From assembly GCA_963934155.1 (NCBI GenBank), contig CAWVXI010000001.1, positions 52,174 to 116,173 of the forward strand: a DNA stretch of 64,000 nucleotides, read 5' to 3'. Position numbers and translations under genes: made by a program. This DNA comes from an uncultured Verrucomicrobiales bacterium (GTDB taxonomy: Bacteria; Verrucomicrobiota; Verrucomicrobiia; Verrucomicrobiales; Akkermansiaceae). Positions 46,921-55,909 of the stretch are shown here, in pieces (positions within the stretch are counted from its first letter, which is position 1; every line of letters begins with the position of its first letter). The notes beneath the pieces were generated by a model. It saw only the letters and a program-made list of their open reading frames with translations. It did not search any database and was not told where the DNA came from.

Positions 46921-47408
46921 AGATTCTATGGCTGAAGCTTGTTGTGAGTCGTGCCAGTGTAAAAAAGGATGATGAGCTTAGGGGTTTCGTGGGCTATTTG
47001 TCTGATACGAGGCCGGAGAGACCTATCCAACATGATTATCGATAATCATACGCAGCGGGCGACCACTAGGGAGTGCAAGCCAATGTCTCATCATGAAAGA
47101 ACGATACTCCATCGGACTAGACGTGCACAAGGACACAGTTGCCATTGCATCAATAAAATAAACTTCTCGCGCAGAGGCGACCTATCACAGCACTTGTGGT
47201 TCGGCAATCGGCTCCTTCGTATAACATTAAACGTCATCAAGAATCCCCACTGGTGTAACAACCCGCTAAGGCAGAACACGGAATCAAAATCGCATCACTA
47301 ACGGCCACCCAGAGCCCTCGACCCTGGGTTCGTGTCATCACGTGCGTAGCTATAGGGGACAACAACCGATCACTTCGATGTTCGCTACCGCTCAATCAAA
47401 GCTATCTT
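46921..47408 (+). mobile_element. Type-1 repeat copy D: internally deleted IS110-family element, retaining about 55 nt more of the transposase gene than copy A
   Basis: The ATG at 47093 gives MKERYSIGLDVHKDTVAIASIK, followed by a stop. A later frame reads RLLRITLNVIKNPHW. The 18-nt perfect palindrome atgattatcgataatcat is at 47032-47049. Confidence 0.75.
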
Positions 47409-47420
47409 GTTAGCTTTGTA

Positions 47421-47813
47421 TTATTCTTTCCTTGAGCGCTGATAAATCGTGATTCTTAGATCTGCACCGCACTTCGAAATCTGATGTATAACCTCGCTCG
47501 TCAAATCTGAATTAAAAGCCCCCTCAGGGAGATAGGATTCGTAGCCTATATCGAATACTCTTCGGTTCGCACGAGTCCAAGTAGAATGTGCCTCTTCAGT
47601 TAAACTGTTAATAGCTCTGCAAAAAGAAGCTATGATAGAATTAGGATCATTTCGAGATTCCTCATCTTCTATCTCGAAGGTCGCCATAAATCCATTATCT
47701 ATCGAGTCGTTGTAGAGCACAATAGCTCCAGCCGTAACTAACTCGCGACATAGGCGATCCAATGATTCAGAAGATTCGACTTCAAGGTCAACGTTGATGA
47801 ATGCTGAGGGCAT
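47421..47813 (-). CDS. Hypothetical cytoplasmic protein
   Basis: The ORF is 130 aa and acidic. I recognise no motif. Confidence 0.45.
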   Translation of the reverse strand: MPSAFINVDLEVESSESLDRLCRELVTAGAIVLYNDSIDNGFMATFEIEDEESRNDPNSIIASFCRAINSLTEEAHSTWTRANRRVFDIGYESYLPEGAFNSDLTSEVIHQISKCGADLRITIYQRSRKE

Positions 47814-48079
47814 ATTTTTAAGCGTACAGTTTATGAGTGCACCCTAATTGATATGAATTAGGGTGTGTAGGGTTAAGTTTTGTGATTTTTTTTAACTTTC
47901 ATAGGTTTCTTACGATGAGTTAGTTCACTTTGTTATTTTGTTCGTTTTAAGTCAATAGGGTTTTAGTTAGGGTCGGTTGGTGTCCTTGTTTCGATGGATA
48001 ATCGATATGATGCTTTAGCCTATCGATCTTTCTATGAGCTTAAATGACTCAGCGGGGGCTGGCGGGTTCTTGCTGCTTT

Positions 48080-49489
48080 CTAGGTGGCGAGCTCCTCGGC
48101 GGGGTAGGTCCAAATCTCACTCAGGGTAGGATGATAGTGGGGGATCTCTAACAGTTGGCGGGCAGTGGCACCAAATGACATCGCTACCACGATCTCATGG
48201 ATGAGCTCAACCGCTTCCGGCCCGATGACTGCTCCGCCGATGATTTTACCTGTTTCCTCGGCTACGATGAGCTTCACGAATCCGTGCTCACTGCCGTGCA
48301 CCATGGATTTCCCGTGGTCGTTGAATGGGTAGTCTGCGGTCTTGTAGTTGATGTTTGCCGCGCGGGCCTCTTTCTCTGACATGCCGACTGCTGCGATCTG
48401 TGGCTCGGTGAAGATGCCATAGAGCGAGAGCTGGTAATCCACTTTAATCGGGTCTGAGGTGTCGTTATTTAGCTGTTTGAGAATATTCCCTGCCGCAGCT
48501 TCTGCTTGGATGATGGCCAGATGCACCACGTCTAGCGGGCTACAGACGTCGCCGGCAGCGTAAATGTGTGCTTGGCTGGACTGCATGGTTAGGTCAACTT
48601 TTATTTTGCCTTTAGCTAGCTCTATATCGGCTAGGTCACAGCCTAAGTTTTTTGTATTTGGACTTCTACCTAGGCCACAGAGGATTTCATCTGAGCTCAC
48701 TTGTGTGGGGTGATTCTGATGGTTAAAATGCACCGTCTTTTTGCCTTCAGTGTCTGTGGTGACGCGCTGGATGTCAGTGTCGCAGAAGATGTTTACTCCG
48801 AGCGCTTCGAGGGCTACTTGGATTTCTTTAGCGATGTCTTGATCCATGGTTGAGAGTAGTTGATCACTACGCTGAATGATGGTCACCTCAGTCTGACATG
48901 CGGCATAGTAGTAGGCTAGCTCTAGGGCTATGGCGCCGCCTCCTAAGATGGTGATTGATTTGGGTAATGATTGAGCGGTGAGGACATCGTCACTTGTGAG
49001 GAATCCCGTTTCAGCTAGTCCTGCTATCTCGGGGATAAATACTGTAGATCCATTAGCGATGATGAAATGAGATGCGGTGAGAATTTGGCTGGCACCATTT
49101 TTTTGTGAGACGGAGATGGTGTGTGGGTCTGTAAAATTAGCGGTGCCTCTGATGAGGTCAAATTTTCCATTGACTAACTGCTCTTGTCGATAGCCTTTAA
49201 ATTCATCGATTAGTTGGTTTTTTCTCTCAATGACGGCCTTCGTATTGATCTGTGGATTCTCTAGCGTGATACCAAATTTCTCCGCTTCTAGAATCTGATT
49301 AAACCTCTTGGCGGACTCAATAATCGCCTTGCTGGGCATGCACCCTCTCAGAATACATAGCCCACCTAATTCATCAGCCCCGTCGATGATCGCTGTCTTT
49401 ATCCCTTCGTCACTGAGTAACCTTGCCGCTGCGTAGCCTGCACTTCCGCCTCCGATGACGATGACCTGATAATCTGATTTTTTTTGCAT
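48080..49489 (-). CDS. Class I pyridine nucleotide-disulfide oxidoreductase (dihydrolipoyl dehydrogenase / glutathione reductase / MerA-like family)
   Basis: GGGSAGYAAA is the FAD motif. GGLCILRGCMPSK is the redox-active CxxxxC. The C-terminal dimerisation region carries HYHPTLSE. Confidence 0.8.
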   Translation of the reverse strand: MQKKSDYQVIVIGGGSAGYAAARLLSDEGIKTAIIDGADELGGLCILRGCMPSKAIIESAKRFNQILEAEKFGITLENPQINTKAVIERKNQLIDEFKGYRQEQLVNGKFDLIRGTANFTDPHTISVSQKNGASQILTASHFIIANGSTVFIPEIAGLAETGFLTSDDVLTAQSLPKSITILGGGAIALELAYYYAACQTEVTIIQRSDQLLSTMDQDIAKEIQVALEALGVNIFCDTDIQRVTTDTEGKKTVHFNHQNHPTQVSSDEILCGLGRSPNTKNLGCDLADIELAKGKIKVDLTMQSSQAHIYAAGDVCSPLDVVHLAIIQAEAAAGNILKQLNNDTSDPIKVDYQLSLYGIFTEPQIAAVGMSEKEARAANINYKTADYPFNDHGKSMVHGSEHGFVKLIVAEETGKIIGGAVIGPEAVELIHEIVVAMSFGATARQLLEIPHYHPTLSEIWTYPAEELAT

Positions 49490-49699
49490 GGTTTGATGCT
49501 ACTCGTTAATGAGTGTAATACAAGTGAATGTCTCATCTGTAATCAGGTATTAGTTTGGATGCTGGTGATGGTTAACAACGTTTTATTTCAATGAAAAATG
49601 ATCATAGCGTGCTTGAATTGTTATTTTTGATAAAAGGGACGCATTGTTGGCGTTTTTCTCTATGTCAAGTGGGCTGCTTTATGCTATTAAATAAAAAAG

Positions 49700-50380
49700 A
49701 TGGACAAATCGGGAGACAATGGTGCGGAAAAAAAGCAGAAAAGAGAGGAGAGAGATAAAATGCTCTCTCATGGTTTCGCGAAGACTAGGAAGAGTCTGAT
49801 CGCTAGGCTTGATAATTGGGAGGACCAACGTACCTGGGATGATTTTTATCAGACGTATTGGCGGCTGATCTATTCGGTGGGGCTTAAGTCTGGGCTGCGT
49901 TCTGAGGAAGCATTTGACTGTGTGCAGGAGACAATTTTATCGATCGCGAAGCAGAGTAAGAAGAAGATGTATGACCCTGAGCAGGGGTCATTCAAGACAT
50001 GGCTGATGAATATGACGCGCTGGCGTATCAATGATCAATTCCGTAAGCGCAAGAAGGACACGGCAATGTCTATTGGATTTGAGGCTGATGATGGTAGGAA
50101 AACAGCCATTATTGACAGAGTCGAAGACCCTAAGGGGGATACTCTGGATAGACTTTGGGATGTGGAGTGGAAACAAAATTTAGCTGAGGCGGCGCTAGAT
50201 AAGGTGAAGGGGCAAGTCTCGCCAAAGCAATACCAGATATTTGACTACTACGTGGTGAAGCAATGGGATGCGAAAAAGGTGCAAGATATCTTAGGTGTGA
50301 GTATGGCGCAGGTTTATCTGGCCAAGCATCGGGTGGGATCTGTGCTGAAAAAAGAGATCGCCAAGCTAGAAAAGCTCTAA
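49700..50380 (+). CDS. ECF-type RNA polymerase sigma-70 family factor
   Basis: The region 2-like stretch is DFYQTYWRLIYSVGLKSGL..AFDCVQET. The region 4 HTH is ILGVSMAQVYLAKHRV. The real start may be the Met at 49760. Confidence 0.7.
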   Translation: MDKSGDNGAEKKQKREERDKMLSHGFAKTRKSLIARLDNWEDQRTWDDFYQTYWRLIYSVGLKSGLRSEEAFDCVQETILSIAKQSKKKMYDPEQGSFKTWLMNMTRWRINDQFRKRKKDTAMSIGFEADDGRKTAIIDRVEDPKGDTLDRLWDVEWKQNLAEAALDKVKGQVSPKQYQIFDYYVVKQWDAKKVQDILGVSMAQVYLAKHRVGSVLKKEIAKLEKL

Positions 50381-50395
50381 TTTACCACTGATAAT

Positions 50396-53017
50396 ATGGC
50401 GTCCATGATCAGATCCGAGATACACATTCCAGACCACGAGGTGCTGCGCAAGATCGGCGGTGGTGCTTATGGTGAAGTGTGGATGGCACGTGGCGTGACC
50501 GGTGCTCTAAGGGCAGTGAAGGTGGTGTGGAGAGAGGACTTCGAGGATGAGCGTGGCTTCGAACGCGAGTTCGAGGGGATTTTAAAGTTTGAGCCTATTT
50601 CGCGGGATCACCCGGGGCTGGTGAATATTTTGCATGTAGGACGCGGTAATGATAGCGAAAATCCATTTTACTATTATGTGATGGAGCTGGGCGACGATGT
50701 GCATAGTAGCAGAGAGTTTAACCCCGTGGAGTATCAAGCGCGGACGCTGCGAAGTGATCTAAAGGCGAGTGAGGGAGTTCCGCTGGATGTGGGCTTCTGT
50801 ATTGATGTCGGGCAGCGACTAGCTGAGTCACTGCAGTATTTGCATGAGAAGGATCTAGCGCATCGTGATGTGAAGCCAGCAAATGTTATTTTTGTGGAAG
50901 GTAAAGCTAAGCTGGCTGATATAGGATTGGTGGCGGCGAGAGGTCAGCAGACATTTGTGGGCACTGAGGGCTTCGTCCCGCCTGAGGGTCCTGGATCTGG
51001 GCAGGCGGATATTTATAGCCTAGGCAAGGTTCTCTATGAAATGGCCACGGGTAAGGATAGATTACAGTTTCCTGAACTCCCAGAAGAGCTTGCAGAGGGG
51101 ACGAACAAGAAGCACTGGGTAGCACTCAATGAGTTGATCTGTAATATTTGTGACCCAAAGTTGAGTAAGAGGACGATCAATACAGCTCAGAAACTTGCGG
51201 AATCCTTAGCAAAAATAAAACAGGGCAAGAAGATCCGTATAGAGGCTAAGAGTGGAACACTTAGGACAGCGTTAGCCATACTGCTTTTTGGTGGTGCAAG
51301 CTTTGGGGTCTATTATTCCAAGCCCTGGCAGGCGTCTGAGACGCTTGTTTCTGGTGGTTCTGGTATTCCACTAAGCTCAGTGGTGCAGCCTGAGCCTGAG
51401 CCTAAATATCAGTTCAAGGTTTGCTCAGTACAGTTTATCTCACATCCTAATCATGCAGAAATCACTGGGCATGGGAAGGATCAGTATTACGAGACCAATA
51501 CCGAATTTATCGAGTATCCACCGGGGACGGCGTTGAATTTAGTATTTAAACGTGATGGCTACCGGCCTAAGTCAGTAGAGTTTATGGTGCCAGATAAGCA
51601 GTTTGAGTTTTTTCAAGTGACTCTAGATACATTCCTACCACCGAAGGTAAACCAGGTCTGGGTGGACTCCGAGGGGGCTCGTTATTTCCCGCGGGTGGAC
51701 TTCCATGAATCAGGATTTGTGCGGAATGAGCATTTCAAGAGATTTCTGGAGACGAAGGTGAAGGTGGATCCTTTCAGCGTAGAGAATTTTAGTGAGCGAG
51801 GAGAGAAGGTGTCGATCGTGATGATGACGGCTAATACGGCGCAGAAATATGTATCGTGGCTAGAAAAAGAGGCGAAATTGCAAGGTCTGTTAGAGTATGA
51901 TCAGTACATCGTTTACCAGCAAGATAGAAGCCTAAAAGTAGGCGCTGCGGATAAGCTAGAGGAGAAAAAGAAGAGACAACAGTTTGCCACAAAATGCATC
52001 GCAAAGATGATTCCATTCGCGACGCTAGAGCTCACGAGCACGCCAGCGGGTGCTGATGTTTACGTTGATGATGAATGGGTGGGTGTGACGCCGATGTTGC
52101 AGCCTAGACTGAGGCCAAAGAAGGTGAAGGTAGAATTTAACCTGGATGGATATAAGGCGAACGTGCAGCAGATCGAGCTGTCAGATAATGAGCTGAAGCC
52201 AGTCTCTGTAAATCTAAAGCAGAATAACGGAGTGGTGTTTAATCAGGAATGGATGAATGGCCTGAAGGTAAAGATGGTTCCATTCGATGATGGGAAACTG
52301 GCCTCTAGCTGGGAGGTAAGAGTGAAGGATTACAACCAGTTTACTAGGGCTACTGGTCACCGACTACCTAACAATCCGTTGTTTCCTCAGAAGCCAGATC
52401 ACCCGGTGGTGGGGGTGAATAGATCTGATGCGGTGACATTTTGTAAATGGCTCACTGAGAAGGAAAGAAAGGAAGACAGGATACGTCCACGGCATGAATA
52501 TAGACTTCCTACTGATGTGGAATGGAGCTTATTCTGCGGGCTGGCTGATGAGCTAGGGGCGAGTCCTGGAGGTAGATCTTACTTTGCTCAAAATAATCCT
52601 GAACTGATAGACACATATCCGTGGGGCAAGATATTTCCACCGGAAATGAAGGTGGCGAATTTAGCGGATAAGGCCGCGGCAAAGGCAGTTGGCATCCCAG
52701 ATGAAAGAGTTATTGCCGGTTATGCTGATGGCTTCACAAATACTGCACCAGTGGGCTCATTTGAGCCGAACAAACTAGGGATGTATGATATATCAGGGAA
52801 TGTATTCGAGTGGATACAGGATTCCTACAGAGAGGATGGAGATCTAGATCTTGGCGTAGTCAGAGGTGGGAGCTGGGCCACATTTCAGGCTAAGGATCTT
52901 AGGTCTTGGAGTCGATTCCCCATCAGCAAATACATGCGTGATAATCAGTATGGTTTCAGAGTGGTCTTAGTGGAAACCGCTGAAGAAGTGGAAACCACAC
53001 AAGAAGACGAAGAATGA
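50396..53017 (+). CDS. Ser/Thr protein kinase with a TM segment, PEGA-like domains and a C-terminal FGE/SUMF1-like domain
   Basis: The kinase motifs are GGGAYGEVW, AVK, HRDVKPANV, DIGL and GTEGFVPPE. A TM helix (ALAILLFGGASFGVYY) follows. TSTPAGADVYVDDEWVGVTP is PEGA-like. The C-terminal NVFEWIQDSY...VVRGGSW is the FGE-sulfatase fold. Confidence 0.85.
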   Translation: MASMIRSEIHIPDHEVLRKIGGGAYGEVWMARGVTGALRAVKVVWREDFEDERGFEREFEGILKFEPISRDHPGLVNILHVGRGNDSENPFYYYVMELGDDVHSSREFNPVEYQARTLRSDLKASEGVPLDVGFCIDVGQRLAESLQYLHEKDLAHRDVKPANVIFVEGKAKLADIGLVAARGQQTFVGTEGFVPPEGPGSGQADIYSLGKVLYEMATGKDRLQFPELPEELAEGTNKKHWVALNELICNICDPKLSKRTINTAQKLAESLAKIKQGKKIRIEAKSGTLRTALAILLFGGASFGVYYSKPWQASETLVSGGSGIPLSSVVQPEPEPKYQFKVCSVQFISHPNHAEITGHGKDQYYETNTEFIEYPPGTALNLVFKRDGYRPKSVEFMVPDKQFEFFQVTLDTFLPPKVNQVWVDSEGARYFPRVDFHESGFVRNEHFKRFLETKVKVDPFSVENFSERGEKVSIVMMTANTAQKYVSWLEKEAKLQGLLEYDQYIVYQQDRSLKVGAADKLEEKKKRQQFATKCIAKMIPFATLELTSTPAGADVYVDDEWVGVTPMLQPRLRPKKVKVEFNLDGYKANVQQIELSDNELKPVSVNLKQNNGVVFNQEWMNGLKVKMVPFDDGKLASSWEVRVKDYNQFTRATGHRLPNNPLFPQKPDHPVVGVNRSDAVTFCKWLTEKERKEDRIRPRHEYRLPTDVEWSLFCGLADELGASPGGRSYFAQNNPELIDTYPWGKIFPPEMKVANLADKAAAKAVGIPDERVIAGYADGFTNTAPVGSFEPNKLGMYDISGNVFEWIQDSYREDGDLDLGVVRGGSWATFQAKDLRSWSRFPISKYMRDNQYGFRVVLVETAEEVETTQEDEE

Positions 53018-53078
53018 TGCGGAAACCTCGTTTATCAGTTGACTAAATATGGCCAACCACTAGTAACTCATCTCATCT

Positions 53079-54065
53079 ATGAAAGATCCTATTACAGTAT
53101 CCGTGACAGGAGCAGCGGGCCAGATTGGCTACGCACTGCTCTTCCGTATTGCCTCTGGCTCTATGTTTGGTTCAGATCAACCAGTGAACCTTCGCTTGAT
53201 AGAGATCGAGCCAGGGATGAAAGCACTCCAGGGTGTGGTGATGGAGCTCGATGACTGTGCATTTCCTACTCTCAATGAAATCGTAGCGACGAGTGATCTC
53301 AATGAAGGATTCAAGGGCGCCAACTGGGCGCTACTCGTAGGCTCAGTACCGCGTGGTCCGGGGATGGAACGTAAGGATCTACTTGGGATCAATGGAAAAA
53401 TCTTCACTGGTCAGGGACAAGCAATTGCGGCAAATGCTGCTAGCGATGTACGCACGCTCGTGGTGGGTAACCCATGCAATACAAATTGCCTCATCGCGAT
53501 GAATGCAGCAAAGGGGATTCCCAATGATCAGTTTTTTGCAATGACGAGACTGGACGAAAACCGCGCTAAATCTCAGCTCGCCACGAAAGCTGGCGTGCAT
53601 AACAGTGCGGTTTCCAATCTTTGTATCTGGGGTAATCACTCAGCAACTCAGTATCCGGACTATACGAATGCTAAAATCAACGGGGTGCCAGTGACTGAGG
53701 TTATCAGTGACACGGAATGGCTTCAGGGTGAGTTCATCGCTACTGTGCAACAGCGCGGTGCAGCGATCATTCAGGCACGTGGTGCATCATCCGCGGCATC
53801 TGCCGCTAATGGTGTGGTGGACACAGTTCGCAGCCTTACTAATCCGACTCCGGACGGTGACTGGATGAGCGTGGCAATCTGCTCAAATGGTGAATATGGA
53901 ATCGATGCGGGGCTTATCGCTTCTATGCCGATCCGCACAAGCGATGGCAAGACCTGGGAAGTGGTAGAGGGCGTAGAGATCAATGATTTCTCACGTCAGA
54001 AAATAGATGCCACCGTACAAGAACTCCGCGAGGAGAAAGAGGCAGTGTCAGATCTACTGGGATAA
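53079..54065 (+). CDS. mdh: Malate dehydrogenase
   Basis: The motifs are [30 protein letters not shown] and [11 protein letters not shown]. Confidence 0.85.
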   Translation: MKDPITVSVTGAAGQIGYALLFRIASGSMFGSDQPVNLRLIEIEPGMKALQGVVMELDDCAFPTLNEIVATSDLNEGFKGANWALLVGSVPRGPGMERKDLLGINGKIFTGQGQAIAANAASDVRTLVVGNPCNTNCLIAMNAAKGIPNDQFFAMTRLDENRAKSQLATKAGVHNSAVSNLCIWGNHSATQYPDYTNAKINGVPVTEVISDTEWLQGEFIATVQQRGAAIIQARGASSAASAANGVVDTVRSLTNPTPDGDWMSVAICSNGEYGIDAGLIASMPIRTSDGKTWEVVEGVEINDFSRQKIDATVQELREEKEAVSDLLG

Positions 54066-54111
54066 TATTTTTATCCCAGCGAAGGTCAATGAGGACATGC
54101 GTTAATGGTTT

Positions 54112-54187
54112 ATACCATCCTCACAGTGATACTGGATTGATCGTTTGATGGAATGATTTGAAAGTGCAGCAAAGCTGACTGGGGGAA
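54112..54187. repeat. Right copy of the inverted repeat (partner at 42047-42121)
   Basis: 54112-54177 is the exact reverse complement of 42056-42121. It lies 47 nt downstream of the mdh stop. Confidence 0.9.
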
Positions 54188-54365
54188 GAGCAAAGCAATA
54201 TCACTGTTCAAATGGTATTAACACAGAACATTCAGTTTTTTCTCATGAAAAAGATAAACTGATTTGTTCTTTTTGATCAATTTAGCACAGAGATCACTAG
54301 CTGGGATAAACTGATTACGGCATATGATACTTGCTAAATTTTAAGCATCCGTGTTTTCTTAGTTC

Positions 54366-55298
54366 ATGCAGATTCTCCACAATATTACCGAGCTTCAGTC
54401 GCTGGATGGTTCCGTTCATCTCGCGCTTGGCGTGTTTGATGGTGTGCATGTAGGGCATCAAGAAGTAATCCTCAATGCAGTGAACTCTGCTAAGCTAACT
54501 GGGGGCAAAGTAGGTGTGGTTACCTTTGAGCCTCACCCGGTTAGAATATTGGCACCAGATAGGGCGCCAAGAAGGATTTTAGCATCGATCGAACACAAAG
54601 CGGATTTACTAGCATCGATGGGGGTGGATTTCCTCTGTGTGCAGGAGTTTACCTTAGATTTCGCAGCGCGCGAGGCGAAGGGGTTTATCGATGATCTGGT
54701 GAGTTATAGTAAGGATCTGAAGACGATCGCAGTGGGTGAGGACTGGATATTTGGTAGAGCACGTGGAGGAAATGTGAGTAAGCTCAGGGAGTGGGGCGCT
54801 GAAATGGGCTTTATGGTTACCGCTGCGGCACCGGTGATGATGAATGGTGAGAGGGTGAGCAGCACCAGGGTGAGGCAGGCCGTTAGAGATGGGAATTTAG
54901 AAGCGATTAGAACGATGCTCGGTAGACCCTATAATGTTGTAGGAACGGTGATAGAGGGGAAAAAACTAGCCAGACAACTAGGCTTCCCTACAGCGAATGT
55001 AGTGGTGCATAATGAACAACTACCACCCGATGGTGTGTGGTCTCTGAGAGTGAAATTTCGGGGTGAGTCATACGACGGGATAGGGAATTTGGGAAGGAGA
55101 CCTACGGTGGAGCAGGAGGGTGCGCGGAGATTATTAGAGATTCATGTGTTTGGATTTGATGGTGATCTCTATGAGGAAACGATCGATGCAGAATTTGTGA
55201 GCTATATTCGTAAGGAAAAGAAATTTAGTTCGATTGATGAACTTAAAGCTCAGATAGAAGTTGATGTGGAGCTGGCCAAGCTTCGTTTAGTGAGGTGA
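54366..55298 (+). CDS. ribF: Bifunctional riboflavin kinase / FAD synthetase
   Basis: It has the GVFDGVHVGHQ motif, and GFPTANV and E.H.F.F.GDLY motifs in the kinase half. Confidence 0.85.
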   Translation: MQILHNITELQSLDGSVHLALGVFDGVHVGHQEVILNAVNSAKLTGGKVGVVTFEPHPVRILAPDRAPRRILASIEHKADLLASMGVDFLCVQEFTLDFAAREAKGFIDDLVSYSKDLKTIAVGEDWIFGRARGGNVSKLREWGAEMGFMVTAAAPVMMNGERVSSTRVRQAVRDGNLEAIRTMLGRPYNVVGTVIEGKKLARQLGFPTANVVVHNEQLPPDGVWSLRVKFRGESYDGIGNLGRRPTVEQEGARRLLEIHVFGFDGDLYEETIDAEFVSYIRKEKKFSSIDELKAQIEVDVELAKLRLVR

Positions 55299-55906
55299 TT
55301 AATATTGGCAAAGCAAGTTGGATTCAGTATAAATTAACGATGAAAATGTTTTATATTTTACTATTGGTGGGATTAGTTGGCTATATCGCCTATCCGTTTT
55401 TACCGCCTAAGCTGCTTGGGATTTCTAAGAGGGAGGTTGATGATAGCTTAGAGCCTGTGCGTGAGACAGAAGTTAAACTAGTGGAATCAGTAGTAATTCC
55501 TGATAAGCTGTTAATTGAAGTGGAGTCTAAGCTGGAGCCTGAGGTGGAGAAGATTGCTTCACATAAGATGGCTAAGAAGGATGAATTACCTGAAATAAAG
55601 AAAGAGCCTGAGGAACAAGCTGAAGAGGAAGTAATAGTCAAAGCCCGTAAACTGGACGAAACTGACTTTAAGATCATCATCACAAATGGAGTTGAAGCTG
55701 GGGGCTGTATCGATTTTCGGAAAGATAATATCATCAGCTGGACGCTTAAAGAACAGGCGATCAGCCTGCAAGGATCTCAGTATGAAGGTGAAATAAGCAT
55801 CGAGGTGGGAAGCTTATTTGGTCCTCAGCTTAGGCGCGCAAAAGTAGTGATTAAAGACGAAGTGATCACCTCGTGGGAGTGGCTGGTGGTTGATCCAATA
55901 GAATGA
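55295..55906 (+). CDS. Membrane-anchored acidic hypothetical protein
   Basis: The 203-aa ORF overlaps the ribF stop by 4 nt. It has one TM helix followed by a Glu/Lys-rich region. Confidence 0.5.
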   Translation: MINIGKASWIQYKLTMKMFYILLLVGLVGYIAYPFLPPKLLGISKREVDDSLEPVRETEVKLVESVVIPDKLLIEVESKLEPEVEKIASHKMAKKDELPEIKKEPEEQAEEEVIVKARKLDETDFKIIITNGVEAGGCIDFRKDNIISWTLKEQAISLQGSQYEGEISIEVGSLFGPQLRRAKVVIKDEVITSWEWLVVDPIE

Positions 55907-55909
55907 GAA

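Noticed and set aside
47840-47865. A perfect 10-bp hairpin, CACCCTAATT-gatatg-AATTAGGGTG, lies 27 nt upstream of the ORF starting at 47813.
   Set aside because: It is a single copy with no adjacent T-run on the relevant strand. It could be an operator or a weak terminator for the oxidoreductase gene, but nothing further supports either reading.
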